Under the pieces are notes generated by a model. It was given only the letters and a program-made list of their open reading frames with translations. It was not told where the DNA came from and made no database searches. From Ignisphaera sp. (lineage in GTDB: Archaea; Thermoproteota; Thermoprotei_A; Sulfolobales; Ignisphaeraceae), in NCBI GenBank assembly GCA_038821645.1, contig JAWBDT010000005.1:1-64000 (forward strand): a stretch of 64,000 nucleotides of DNA, written 5' to 3'. The first letter of the stretch is position 1, and the number at the start of each line of letters is the position of its first letter. The translations under genes and the position numbers were made by a program. This document shows, in pieces, positions 10,361-19,345 of the stretch.

Positions 10361-11743
10361 TTATTCGCCTATAAATCTCTTTAGTAGTGGATACATCTCT
10401 AGTGTTCTTTCGTATACAAGTATCTGGTAATAGTTATAGAGTATACCTACAGCTAACAACAATCCTGTACCAGTACCAAAGCTTCCAAAGATATCGCCTA
10501 CTAGAGCTATTACTGCTACAGCTATAGAGCTGAATATAGTTAGCGGATATATGTATCTAGCTAGATACGAGCTTAGTATCTTTGTTGATCTCCTCATGCC
10601 AGGGATATTTAGTTCAGCTTTTATCAAGTTTTCTGCTTGTGCCTCAGGATTTAGACCAGCTATCTCTATCCAAAGTATACCGAAACCTATACATAGAACA
10701 AGAAATAGAGCTACATAGATCATAGACTGGATAGGATACACAGAGAATCTAGCGAGCGTTGGTGATGATAGATAGGGACCAGCTACATCAACTAGATCTA
10801 TACCTAGATAGTTTCTTAATAGATTGAGTATCAGTAGAACATTAGATATAAGGATACCTGTTAGAAGTACAGGAATATTTGTTACATACATCAACTGTAG
10901 AGGAACCTTAGTCCTTATACCTCCATAACGTGCAACAGCTATAGGTATATTTATTCGTGCAACACTTAGATAAGTTATAACAGCTATAAGAACTATAGTT
11001 ACTATAAGCCCTGTGAGAGAAGGATATCCATAGAAAAGCCTACCTATAAACATATCGTAGAAACTAATATAACCGTTTCTAGCAGATTCAACGATATAGG
11101 GTATAAGTCCATATGGCATAGCTATTTCTTCAGATATACTGTGGGGAGCCAAAAGCTCGCTAAAGAACCTCTGAGCAACACCAATCAATATAAACAAACT
11201 TATACCGCTACCAAGACCCCAGCCTTTCTGTATAGCTTCATCAAGCACAATTATTATTATTGAGCCCCATAGAAGCTGAAGAAATACTGCAACCTTAACC
11301 CATACAGATACTGCCTGAGGAATATACCAGAATATACCGCTTATAACAAATCCTGCTGCTTCCACAATAGCCAGAATTATTGCTAGACCTTTGTTTGCTA
11401 AAGTAAATTTACGTCTATCTTCAGGATCATTTAGATCCATATCTATGATCTTTGCACCAACAAGTATCTGGAGAATTAATCCAGATGTAACTATAGGACC
11501 TATACCTAGTTGAGCCAAGGTACCTGAAGCCATAGCCAGAACTATAGAGATCATAGGAGATATAGGTGAAACACCTACACGTTGAATACCATAGAGAGGT
11601 GTTGCTGATAGCAAGATAAATGCTATAGCCGCTAAACCTGTAAAGAGAAGTCTCTTACCTAGACTAGGTCTACGTACAGGTCTAGGTGCTGAAGGTACTA
11701 CTAGACCAATCTTCGCTAATACATCCATAAAACCCATTCTCAA
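10361..11743 (-). CDS. secY: Preprotein translocase subunit SecY
   Basis: 'GTLAQLGIGPIVTSGLILQIL', 'GWGLGSGISLFI', 'YVTNIPVLL', 'GTGLLLAVGI'. Confidence 0.98.
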   Translation of the reverse strand: MRMGFMDVLAKIGLVVPSAPRPVRRPSLGKRLLFTGLAAIAFILLSATPLYGIQRVGVSPISPMISIVLAMASGTLAQLGIGPIVTSGLILQILVGAKIIDMDLNDPEDRRKFTLANKGLAIILAIVEAAGFVISGIFWYIPQAVSVWVKVAVFLQLLWGSIIIIVLDEAIQKGWGLGSGISLFILIGVAQRFFSELLAPHSISEEIAMPYGLIPYIVESARNGYISFYDMFIGRLFYGYPSLTGLIVTIVLIAVITYLSVARINIPIAVARYGGIRTKVPLQLMYVTNIPVLLTGILISNVLLILNLLRNYLGIDLVDVAGPYLSSPTLARFSVYPIQSMIYVALFLVLCIGFGILWIEIAGLNPEAQAENLIKAELNIPGMRRSTKILSSYLARYIYPLTIFSSIAVAVIALVGDIFGSFGTGTGLLLAVGILYNYYQILVYERTLEMYPLLKRFIGE

Positions 11744-11831
11744 CCCCAGCTAAATAGACACAGAAAAACAGAAGCTTAAAAAGGATAAAGGTTCATAAAT
11801 AGAGGAGAAGAGATCATCTTAAACATTATAC

Positions 11832-11845
11832 AAAAAAGTTAATAA
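11832..11845 (+). promoter_or_regulatory. BRE/TATA promoter of tRNA-Gln
   Basis: AAAAAAG-TTAATAA ending about 28 nt before the tRNA 5' end. Confidence 0.65.
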
Positions 11846-11872
11846 GTTTGCAACAATCACAATACATCTTGA

Positions 11873-11969
11873 AGCCGGGTCGTCTAGCGGCCAAGGATGC
11901 GGGGCTCTGGAGTCTACAACTAGGTGGAGTGCCCCCGTGACCGGGGTTCGAATCCCCGCCCGGCTACCA
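11873..11969 (+). tRNA. tRNA-Gln(CUG) with a 21-nt intron at 37/38 (11911-11931) and encoded CCA
   Basis: Acceptor AGCCGGG/CCCGGCT, anticodon stem CGGGG/CCCCG, CTG at 11907-11909, GTTCGAATC T-loop; bulge-helix-bulge with CTCT/GGAG central helix. Confidence 0.96.
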
Positions 11970-11984
11970 TATAATGTTTATGGT

Positions 11985-12036
11985 TATGATGAACAGAGGG
12001 TCTTTTGATTGGTGAAGAAAGCCGGAAATGCTGAAT
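11985..12036 (+). ncRNA. C/D-box sRNA candidate
   Basis: C ATGATGA (11986), 12-nt guide, D' TTGA, C' GTGAAGA, 12-nt guide, D CTGA (12031-12034). Confidence 0.75.
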
Positions 12037-12080
12037 CTTAAAATTACATTTTTAATATCGGTATTTCTTTAGGGTGTAGA

Positions 12081-13499
12081 TTGAGAAAAAGTTCTACGGA
12101 TTTTCTGGATATAGAGCCTAGATTAAAGAGCCTAGATGTTGCTAATTTAGATGATGTATGTGGATATGTTTTGAATAGATATAGGATTGGTTTAGCTGAA
12201 GTTGTTATTTGTGTAGATAAACAGAATACAGCTAGATACATAGTTCTAGAGCCTCATATAGATGATACATGTAGAAAACTTTATCCCTTGATCATGGACT
12301 CACTCTATGTATCGCTACTTGATGTCTCTTCTGAAAAAGTTCTAGAAGATACTATCGATACTATAGTGTCTAAATTAGGCTTCAGAGATTCCTTTAGGAA
12401 ATGTAGAGAAGCACTTATGTATTACGTAAAGAGAGATTCCTTTGGATATGGAGTTCTCGATGTCTTGTTTAAGGATCCAGGGATAGAGGATATAGAGCTT
12501 TGTGATTGGAGAAAACCTGTAACTGTTGTTCATAGAGATTTCCTTATTTTTGAAGCACTTTTAACAAACATACAGTTCAGTAGTGAAGAAGAAGCTAGAA
12601 GCTATGTAGAGAGATTGACACTCAAAGGCGGTAAAAGTATCTCATTAGCTAAGCCAGAAATACATACAATACTATCTGAAGGACACAGACTTTCAGTAAC
12701 CTTAGGCAATCCTGTGAGTAGAGGCCCCACATTTAGTATTAGAAAGCTTCCCGATACACCCATAGATATTGTTACCCTCATAAATCAGAAAGTCGTAGAA
12801 CCTCATTTAGCAGCACTAATATGGCTCGTGAATGATGCGAAACTATTCTACAGCATTATAGGTGGTAGTGGAACAGGTAAAACAACTATTCTTAATGCCT
12901 TTCTTCAGCTTACGAATCCAAACTGGAAGATAATAGTTGTTCAAGATGTTATGGAGATAAGGATGCCAACAAGAACAAGGTTCATACAGTTTTTTGGAGA
13001 ATCATCAGAAGAGATACTTCAGAGATGCTTCACAGCATTAAGATATAGACCAGATATTCTTGTTGTTGGCGAAGTTAGAGGTAGAGAGATATCAGCGCTT
13101 GTAAGAGCTGTTGCCTCTGGTTCTGGCTCCACTACGACATTTCATGCATCTTCTCCTGAAGAATATGAAATGGCTGTAAGAAATCTATTGCCAAGAGATC
13201 TATACACAATGTTATCGCTAAATACAGCACTATTGATCTTTGTTTCACGTATACGTATAGAAAATAGTCTCGTTAGAAGGATTTGGAAAGTATATGAACG
13301 GGTTAATGATGAATGGAGAGAAATATATGGACCTGAGAACGACTCTATATATACTAGCTATATACTCAAGAGATTAAGCAGAAGACTACTTATAGACGAT
13401 ATTGAGGCAGATCTAGAGTATAGAACAAAAATACTAATGTCTATTCAACAAGGATTTGAATCTGTTGAAAAACTCCTGAAGAAGTTCTATAGAGTTTAG
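12081..13499 (+). CDS. Type II/IV secretion (VirB11/TadA/ArlI-like) ATPase
   Basis: 'GYGVLDVLFKDPGIEDI', 'TFSIRK', Walker A GGSGTGKTT, 'LRYRPDILVVGEVRG', 'TTFHA'. Confidence 0.9.
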   Translation: MRKSSTDFLDIEPRLKSLDVANLDDVCGYVLNRYRIGLAEVVICVDKQNTARYIVLEPHIDDTCRKLYPLIMDSLYVSLLDVSSEKVLEDTIDTIVSKLGFRDSFRKCREALMYYVKRDSFGYGVLDVLFKDPGIEDIELCDWRKPVTVVHRDFLIFEALLTNIQFSSEEEARSYVERLTLKGGKSISLAKPEIHTILSEGHRLSVTLGNPVSRGPTFSIRKLPDTPIDIVTLINQKVVEPHLAALIWLVNDAKLFYSIIGGSGTGKTTILNAFLQLTNPNWKIIVVQDVMEIRMPTRTRFIQFFGESSEEILQRCFTALRYRPDILVVGEVRGREISALVRAVASGSGSTTTFHASSPEEYEMAVRNLLPRDLYTMLSLNTALLIFVSRIRIENSLVRRIWKVYERVNDEWREIYGPENDSIYTSYILKRLSRRLLIDDIEADLEYRTKILMSIQQGFESVEKLLKKFYRV

Positions 13500-14233
13500 T
13501 GAGCTCCCTTCTTTCTACCCGTTCTTCTAGCAGCTATATGGCCAACCTTACGTCCAGGAGGTGCATTACGCGATATTGTTGTAGGTTTTGATTCACTCTG
13601 ATGAGACCCTCCACCATGTGGATGATCTACAGCATTCATTGCTACACCTCTCACTCTAGGCCATTTGCGTGCTTTTGCTCTCCATTTGTAGTAAGCATTA
13701 CCAGCTTTCAGTAAAGGTTTTTCAATTCTACCGCCACCAGCAACCATACCTATCGTTGCTCTACAATCAAGTAGAACCTGTTTTTGTTTACCACTTGGTA
13801 GAACTAGTGTGGCATGCGTAGATGATTTACCTATAACAATAGCATAACCTCCACCCACTCTCACGAGTTTACCGCCATCACCAGGTCTAACCTCTATATT
13901 ACATACCTTTGTTCCTTCCGGAATACTTCTCAATGGAAGGATATTGCCTATAGATATAGAGGCTCCAGGCCCTATCTCCACCATCTGACCCACAATAAGT
14001 CCTTCAACAGCTACATTGTATACCTCTTCACCATTTTCAAGCTCTATCAAAGCAACAGGAGCACTTCGACCTGGTTCATGAATTATTTCCACCACCACAC
14101 CTCTAAGCGTTTCATTTGATATTGGTGGATACCTTACTGGCGCAATCCTTAGATGTCCAGGACTTCTATAGGTAGATGTCCCTCTACCTAGTCTCTGAAT
14201 CCGTATCCTTTTACCCATAATTCTCACCAACAT
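13496..14233 (-). CDS. rpl2: 50S ribosomal protein L2 (uL2)
   Basis: 'MGKRIRIQRLGRG', 'WPRVRGVAMNAVDHPHGGG'. Confidence 0.98.
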   Translation of the reverse strand: MLVRIMGKRIRIQRLGRGTSTYRSPGHLRIAPVRYPPISNETLRGVVVEIIHEPGRSAPVALIELENGEEVYNVAVEGLIVGQMVEIGPGASISIGNILPLRSIPEGTKVCNIEVRPGDGGKLVRVGGGYAIVIGKSSTHATLVLPSGKQKQVLLDCRATIGMVAGGGRIEKPLLKAGNAYYKWRAKARKWPRVRGVAMNAVDHPHGGGSHQSESKPTTISRNAPPGRKVGHIAARRTGRKKGAH

Positions 14234-14670
14234 TACTTAAGGGCAACAAATAGCGTGCTTCTAGTAGCCTTTAGACCTGGCTCACCATGTTTAACTTGTT
14301 TAGTTGTTGAAGCAAATTCTCCTAGATAATGTCCTATCATTTCTGGCACTATTCTTACAGGTACAAACTCTTTCCCATTGTGTATAGCTATCTTAAGTCC
14401 AACCATTATCGGAAGAACCACCATATCTCTTACACTTGTCTTAATTACAACCTCTTTGCATTCTGTTATAAGCTTCTGTCTCGCTTCAATTACTTTTTCC
14501 AGAAGCTTTCTATGTGAAGGTGAGAATCCTCTAGTTAAACTTCTTCTAGCTCTTGCTGGTAAAATTTTTGCTAATTCATCCATAGACATATCCAGTAACT
14601 CTTTAAGAGATTTACCTCTATACTTAAACTTCTTCCACTCAGCTGGTATATCCCAGCATTGTGTACTCAT
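14233..14670 (-). CDS. rps19: 30S ribosomal protein S19 (uS19)
   Basis: 'FKYRGKSL', 'PARARRSL', '[11 protein letters not shown]', '[11 protein letters not shown]'. Confidence 0.98.
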   Translation of the reverse strand: MSTQCWDIPAEWKKFKYRGKSLKELLDMSMDELAKILPARARRSLTRGFSPSHRKLLEKVIEARQKLITECKEVVIKTSVRDMVVLPIMVGLKIAIHNGKEFVPVRIVPEMIGHYLGEFASTTKQVKHGEPGLKATRSTLFVALK

Positions 14671-14731
14671 TTGACGACCCTCTATACACCTCGATACACA
14701 TAATAGCCAGTTAAGCGTTTATAAATAGACA

Positions 14732-14992
14732 TCATCTAGACAATCTATCAAGTATATCTAGGGCGTTATGTTCTGGTGCAAGTCTTACATAAGCTTTCTT
14801 GTAACCATCTCTATCAATTACAGTATTTACTTTAACAACTGTAATGTTGTATAGCTTCTCTATAGCCTCCTTTATCTGTTTCTTATTTGCATCACGCCGA
14901 ACCTTAAATAATAGGTAATTATGTTTCTCAGCTAATCTATAGGCTTTTTCAGTAGATATGATGTTAATTATTATAGATGTATCTAGACTCAA
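14732..14992 (-). CDS. rpl23: 50S ribosomal protein L23 (uL23)
   Basis: 'TEKA', 'ANKKQIKEAIEKLY', 'KKAYVRL'. Confidence 0.97.
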   Translation of the reverse strand: MSLDTSIIINIISTEKAYRLAEKHNYLLFKVRRDANKKQIKEAIEKLYNITVVKVNTVIDRDGYKKAYVRLAPEHNALDILDRLSR

Positions 14993-15804
14993 GCTTTCTC
15001 CACCGAAAACAACTGTGATATCATTTCTAAAGCCTTTACAGTAATTATGCTTAACCTTCCCGGTAAACCTCCGGGAGCTAGCTTCAGTATATTCAAAGTT
15101 GTTGGAGTAACATAGTCTGAGCCCGGCAAGTTTCTTAATGCTCTCACAATTGGTGCTTTACTACTTGAAACTATGAAGAGAATGCTTTTAGGCTCTACGT
15201 AACGTCTTCCACGCATTTTACCTTTACCAGCTCTTATACGTGTCATCTCTTGTGATCTCTCAATATTTTCCCAAAGACCAAGCTTTATCAAGAACTTCTT
15301 GAGATCCTTCGTCGTTGATACATCCTCAAGACTATTGACAACTACTATAGGTATGTTCTCTACATTCTTTGGAACTACATAACTTCTCTTAAATACGAAT
15401 TGGGGGTCTGCTAAAGCGGCTAGAGAAGACATCAAGGCTAACCTCATTTCTTTACGATTTATTTCTTCATGTATTCTCTTCATAACTGTTGGTGCAAACT
15501 GTCTCCTACCTCCTCTCACGTTAGGTGCGAAAACAGCTCTACCGTTATCTAGTCTAGGTACTCTTGCAACACTATAGCCTATACCCCAGGATTCGCCTAC
15601 ACGTCTTTTACCCGCTAAAGGATCTCTACCTTTTGGTTGAAGTTTTGCTGTTAAAGCCGAATGGACTGCTCTACGAATCACATCTATTCTAACAGGTAAG
15701 CTGAAAACTAGTGGAAGTTCAATTTTATCAACGATGTTTCCATCCATATCGACAAGCGTTCCATACCTTCTCTCTACAGGATATACAATCCATAACTTGT
15801 TCAT
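14989..15804 (-). CDS. rpl4: 50S ribosomal protein L4 (uL4)
   Basis: 'ESWGIGYSVARVPR', 'RAGKGKMRGRRY', 'LAPGGLPGRL'. Confidence 0.98.
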   Translation of the reverse strand: MNKLWIVYPVERRYGTLVDMDGNIVDKIELPLVFSLPVRIDVIRRAVHSALTAKLQPKGRDPLAGKRRVGESWGIGYSVARVPRLDNGRAVFAPNVRGGRRQFAPTVMKRIHEEINRKEMRLALMSSLAALADPQFVFKRSYVVPKNVENIPIVVVNSLEDVSTTKDLKKFLIKLGLWENIERSQEMTRIRAGKGKMRGRRYVEPKSILFIVSSSKAPIVRALRNLPGSDYVTPTTLNILKLAPGGLPGRLSIITVKALEMISQLFSVEKA

Positions 15805-15811
15805 ACATGCA

Positions 15812-16840
15812 TCACCCAGCTATCTTACTCTCTAAACTAATGTATCTTATGGTAGGAGGTCCTTGAGGTGACCATCGAGGCGGTCTAATAGGCCATCTAA
15901 GTATTATAGGTCTTTTAGGTGAACCCATAACACTACCTTGTACCACTACATAAGCTGATCTAACTATACCATAGTGAGGAAAACCACCTGAAGGAGTAAT
16001 ACTGTAACCATCATCACCTATAGCAAGTATCCTCTTATTGTATTCAGTCCTTCTATGGAATCCCATTTGACCTGGCTGAGGTACAGCAGACATAGCTCCT
16101 TCTGCAGGACTTCTGCTACCAACTCTTCTGCTACCTTTTCTATGTTTATGCCATCTTGGTAACTCTTTTACATGAAATCTCTTTATAACTCCCTGAAAAC
16201 CTTTCCCTTTAGTAACACCTATTACGTCTATGAATTGACCTGGAGAAAACACTTGATCCACAGAAATCTTTTTACCCAGTATACCAATTGCATAGTCTAT
16301 TACTTCATTTATAGATTTTCCTCCACCAATCTTTATCTCAATTACATCAGGTTTCTTCTTACTCAAACCTCCAGAATATTTAGGCATTGATGCTACTATA
16401 ACACTAACTTCAACTATCTTATCAATGTTTTCTCTAATCATCTGCAACCTACCTTCTAAGTCTCTTGTCGGTCTATATGTAGAGACTTTACGCCATATCT
16501 CCAGTTCTTCTGGAACCTCAATCCAAATATCTGTAAATACCGATAATCCACCGATATCATTATACTTATAGGTTCTTAGAGCTATAGGCATCATAGGGGG
16601 TGTTTCAATAATTGTTACAGGCACCATGATTTCTTTTCCTTCAGTAATACTACCAGGTCTATCATCTACGATAATCGCATGAGTCATACCTACCTTATAC
16701 CCTAGAAATCCCAGGATTCGGGGCTGTAGTAGAGATACATTAGGCCAACTTCTAATCCTAGGCACAATTCTACTGGCTCTTTTACGTGGCCTCACTCCTA
16801 AACTGCCACGTTTAGGTGCACTAGTCTTTCTATGCGCCAT
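15812..16840 (-). CDS. rpl3: 50S ribosomal protein L3 (uL3)
   Basis: 'APKRGSLGVRPRKRA', 'GYKVGMTH', 'TKGKGFQG', 'GQMGFHRRTEYNK'. Confidence 0.98.
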   Translation of the reverse strand: MAHRKTSAPKRGSLGVRPRKRASRIVPRIRSWPNVSLLQPRILGFLGYKVGMTHAIIVDDRPGSITEGKEIMVPVTIIETPPMMPIALRTYKYNDIGGLSVFTDIWIEVPEELEIWRKVSTYRPTRDLEGRLQMIRENIDKIVEVSVIVASMPKYSGGLSKKKPDVIEIKIGGGKSINEVIDYAIGILGKKISVDQVFSPGQFIDVIGVTKGKGFQGVIKRFHVKELPRWHKHRKGSRRVGSRSPAEGAMSAVPQPGQMGFHRRTEYNKRILAIGDDGYSITPSGGFPHYGIVRSAYVVVQGSVMGSPKRPIILRWPIRPPRWSPQGPPTIRYISLESKIAG

Positions 16841-16901
16841 GTATTATCCACACCACAACCTACTACAATATTGTATCGGAACTTTAGATACAGTTGCTAT
16901 C

Positions 16902-17012
16902 TTAGCTGGACTTTTTAGCTTTTTTCTTCTGCTGTTCACTAGGCTTCGAGACACTTGATTGTGTCACAGATTCTTTCACAATAAACAGGGTTGTTTTCTG
17001 GCGACCACCCAT
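16902..17012 (-). CDS. Unannotated 36-aa basic small protein (MGGRQKTTLFIVKESVTQSSVSKPSEQQKKKAKKSS)
   Basis: ATG at 17012 preceded by SD GAGGTGA (17018-17024) and TATA-like TTATAAA about 40 nt upstream; same strand, directly before rpl3. Confidence 0.6.
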   Translation of the reverse strand: MGGRQKTTLFIVKESVTQSSVSKPSEQQKKKAKKSS

Positions 17013-17206
17013 AAATATCACCTCTTGTAGCAAATTTCTAATAACAAGAACGATTTATAAGCTCTAGACATTTTATAATTCAACTCTCAAATTAACTCAT
17101 GGGAATCAGAGTATCAAAGCCACCATTTTAGACTGTGTCTTCTGTAAAAGTTTTTAAGCTGTTTTAGCTACTATAGATACTTGGAATTAAGAGAGGTACT
17201 TGGGCA

Positions 17207-17860
17207 GTGTCCGAGAAGCTCTATAGAACTAGTGAGGTTGCTGAGCTACTGAACATTAGTGTTTCTACTGTTAAAAAGTGGATAAAGCATGGTAGACTAC
17301 ATGCTCTCAGAGTCGGGAAGCTGTGGATGATCCCTGAGAGCGAAGTCAGGAGGATTCTGAGTGGTGTTGAGAGAAAAGAGATTAGAGCCGCTATATACGC
17401 TAGAGTTTCATCACGTAAGCAGAAAACAGATGGTAACTTAGAGCGGCAGATTGAAAGACTAAGAAACTACTGTTCTGCTAGAGGATACAAGGTTGTTGAT
17501 GTGGTAACAGATGTTGCTAGTGGTTTGAATGAGAAGCGTAATGGTCTACAGAAACTCCTCGATATGGCGGTTAAACACGAGATAGATGTTGTAGTTGTAG
17601 AGTTCCGTGATAGATTGACCAGGTTCGGTTTCGAGTACCTTGCTCGGTTCTTCGAGTCGCATGGTGTTAGAGTAGAGGTTGTAGAGGAGAGTGAGAAGGG
17701 TTACATGGATGAACTTGTGGAGGACTTCGTAGCGATAGTAACATCCTTCGCCGCCAGAATATACGGTAAGCGATCCCAGAAGTTCAGGAAGATAAAAAAC
17801 ACCATAGAAGAGGTGGTTGGGAACGGTTACCAAGACAGTTCAGAAGACTTTGAAGATTAA
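17207..17860 (+). CDS. tnpA: IS607 transposase (HTH + serine recombinase)
   Basis: N-terminal excisionase/MerR-like HTH; 'AAIYARVSS'; 'DVASGLN'; 'DRLTRFGFEYL'; 'ELVEDF..I..SFAARIYG'. Confidence 0.95.
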   Translation: MSEKLYRTSEVAELLNISVSTVKKWIKHGRLHALRVGKLWMIPESEVRRILSGVERKEIRAAIYARVSSRKQKTDGNLERQIERLRNYCSARGYKVVDVVTDVASGLNEKRNGLQKLLDMAVKHEIDVVVVEFRDRLTRFGFEYLARFFESHGVRVEVVEESEKGYMDELVEDFVAIVTSFAARIYGKRSQKFRKIKNTIEEVVGNGYQDSSEDFED

Positions 17861-19127
17861 GCTTTTACCAGTCTCCAGGAGAGATAAGGTTCTCGTACAT
17901 AGCTTGCTAAGCGATTACACAAACATTCTCAGGGATGCTTTGAACATAGTTGTTAAAAACGATGTGAAGAGCAAGAAGAGAGCTCACGAGCTCTGCTACA
18001 GGTACCTCAGAGAGAGGTATCCGCATCTTCACAACAAGTACGTTGAGGAAGCCTACAAGAGGGCACTCTTAGTATACAGGAGCTACAGGAAGCTTCTAGG
18101 AAAGTGGATGAAGCATAAACAAGGAAACCCGCCTTCACCACCAAGCGTTGATGCAAACAGAGTGGTTGATCTACACATTGATACTTTCAGAATCGAGGAA
18201 GAAAACAGCTTCAAGATCCTCAGGCTATCTATTGGTAGCGGTGAGTACGCTAGGTTTATCATGCTGGTTTACGACCATGTGTTGAGAGAGCTCAATAACG
18301 CTAAGGTCTCTAACTCGAAGATCATCGTAGATAGAGATGCCCTATACCTTCTCTTAACCATCAGAAGGAATGTTGAAGTGTTTGAGCATAGGAACAAGCT
18401 GGTGATCGACATAAACGAGGACAACGTAGCATGCCTTCTTGTAGATTATGAGAGAGGTAGAGCTGTATTCTTCACGATAAGCTACGACGTAAGCAGGCTA
18501 CGGGAGAACTACAGGAGGATTCGGAGATCTATTCAGAGGAAGGTGGAGAACATCTACGAGAGGAACAGGTTGCTGGAGAAGTACGGTGCTAGAGAGAGGA
18601 ACAGAGTTGAGGACAGAGTGAAGAAGGTTACAACCGTTATAGCTGAAATCGCTAAAACATACAATACAGACATTGTTAGAGAGAACCTGAGAGACATGAA
18701 GATAAACGGTAGGAAAGGTAGCAAGAAGCTGAACTACAGGCTTCAGACACTTCCATACAGAAAGATAATATTCAACCTAGAGTACAAAGCGTACGAGAGA
18801 GGCTTGAACGTTGTGGAGGTTGATGCCAGGAGAACCTCTATAACATGCCCATCCTGCGGGTACGTGGGTAAGGAGAACAGAAGCGGCGACAGATTCAAGT
18901 GCAAGAAATGCAGATTCGAGTTTAACTCGCACTACGTAGCCTGCCTAAACCTATTCTCCCGCCTCAATGACGGTGCGGTAGCCATCAGAGGCGGGAGGAT
19001 ACATATATACCTCGAGGCGGGCCTAGTGGTGCCCGCCGATGTGGCTCCCGATGACTCTGTGAACAATGAGCAGGTGCTGAGGGAGAAGCCCGTGTCGGTA
19101 ATACCCAAGATAATCAAAAACACCTAA
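17817..19127 (+). CDS. tnpB: TnpB (RNA-guided RuvC family) with atypical RuvC-III (His instead of Asp)
   Basis: RuvC-I 'VIDIN', RuvC-II 'VRENL', zinc finger CPSC/CKKC, RuvC-III 'NSHYVACLNL'. Confidence 0.9.
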   Translation: MGTVTKTVQKTLKIKLLPVSRRDKVLVHSLLSDYTNILRDALNIVVKNDVKSKKRAHELCYRYLRERYPHLHNKYVEEAYKRALLVYRSYRKLLGKWMKHKQGNPPSPPSVDANRVVDLHIDTFRIEEENSFKILRLSIGSGEYARFIMLVYDHVLRELNNAKVSNSKIIVDRDALYLLLTIRRNVEVFEHRNKLVIDINEDNVACLLVDYERGRAVFFTISYDVSRLRENYRRIRRSIQRKVENIYERNRLLEKYGARERNRVEDRVKKVTTVIAEIAKTYNTDIVRENLRDMKINGRKGSKKLNYRLQTLPYRKIIFNLEYKAYERGLNVVEVDARRTSITCPSCGYVGKENRSGDRFKCKKCRFEFNSHYVACLNLFSRLNDGAVAIRGGRIHIYLEAGLVVPADVAPDDSVNNEQVLREKPVSVIPKIIKNT

Positions 19128-19345
19128 ACAAACTCAAAGAAATAACACAGGCAACCACCTCACTACTATATATGTGTCCTGTTCTATACAGATATCGTAA
19201 CATATGTTTAAGAGATCTTTTAAGACCTTGAGCCAACACTATATAGCTAAGTTGTTCGTTAACAATGTTTATAAACTCTTACTATGTCTAGACAACAATC
19301 ATAAACAAAGACAAAGCACTCTACAGATTTGTTAGGTGATAGCTA

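Larger units (their letters stand above)
17131..19151 (+). mobile_element. IS607-family insertion sequence (tnpA serine recombinase + tnpB); ends approximate
   Basis: Overlapping tnpA/tnpB; visibly higher GC than flanks; short terminal inverted motif CTGTGT (17133) / ACACAG-G (19145-19151) ending in GG. Confidence 0.85.

Noticed and set aside
11873-11969. tRNA-Gln as an integration site for the pilin or ATPase region
   Set aside because: No duplicated tRNA fragment and no integrase seen in the window
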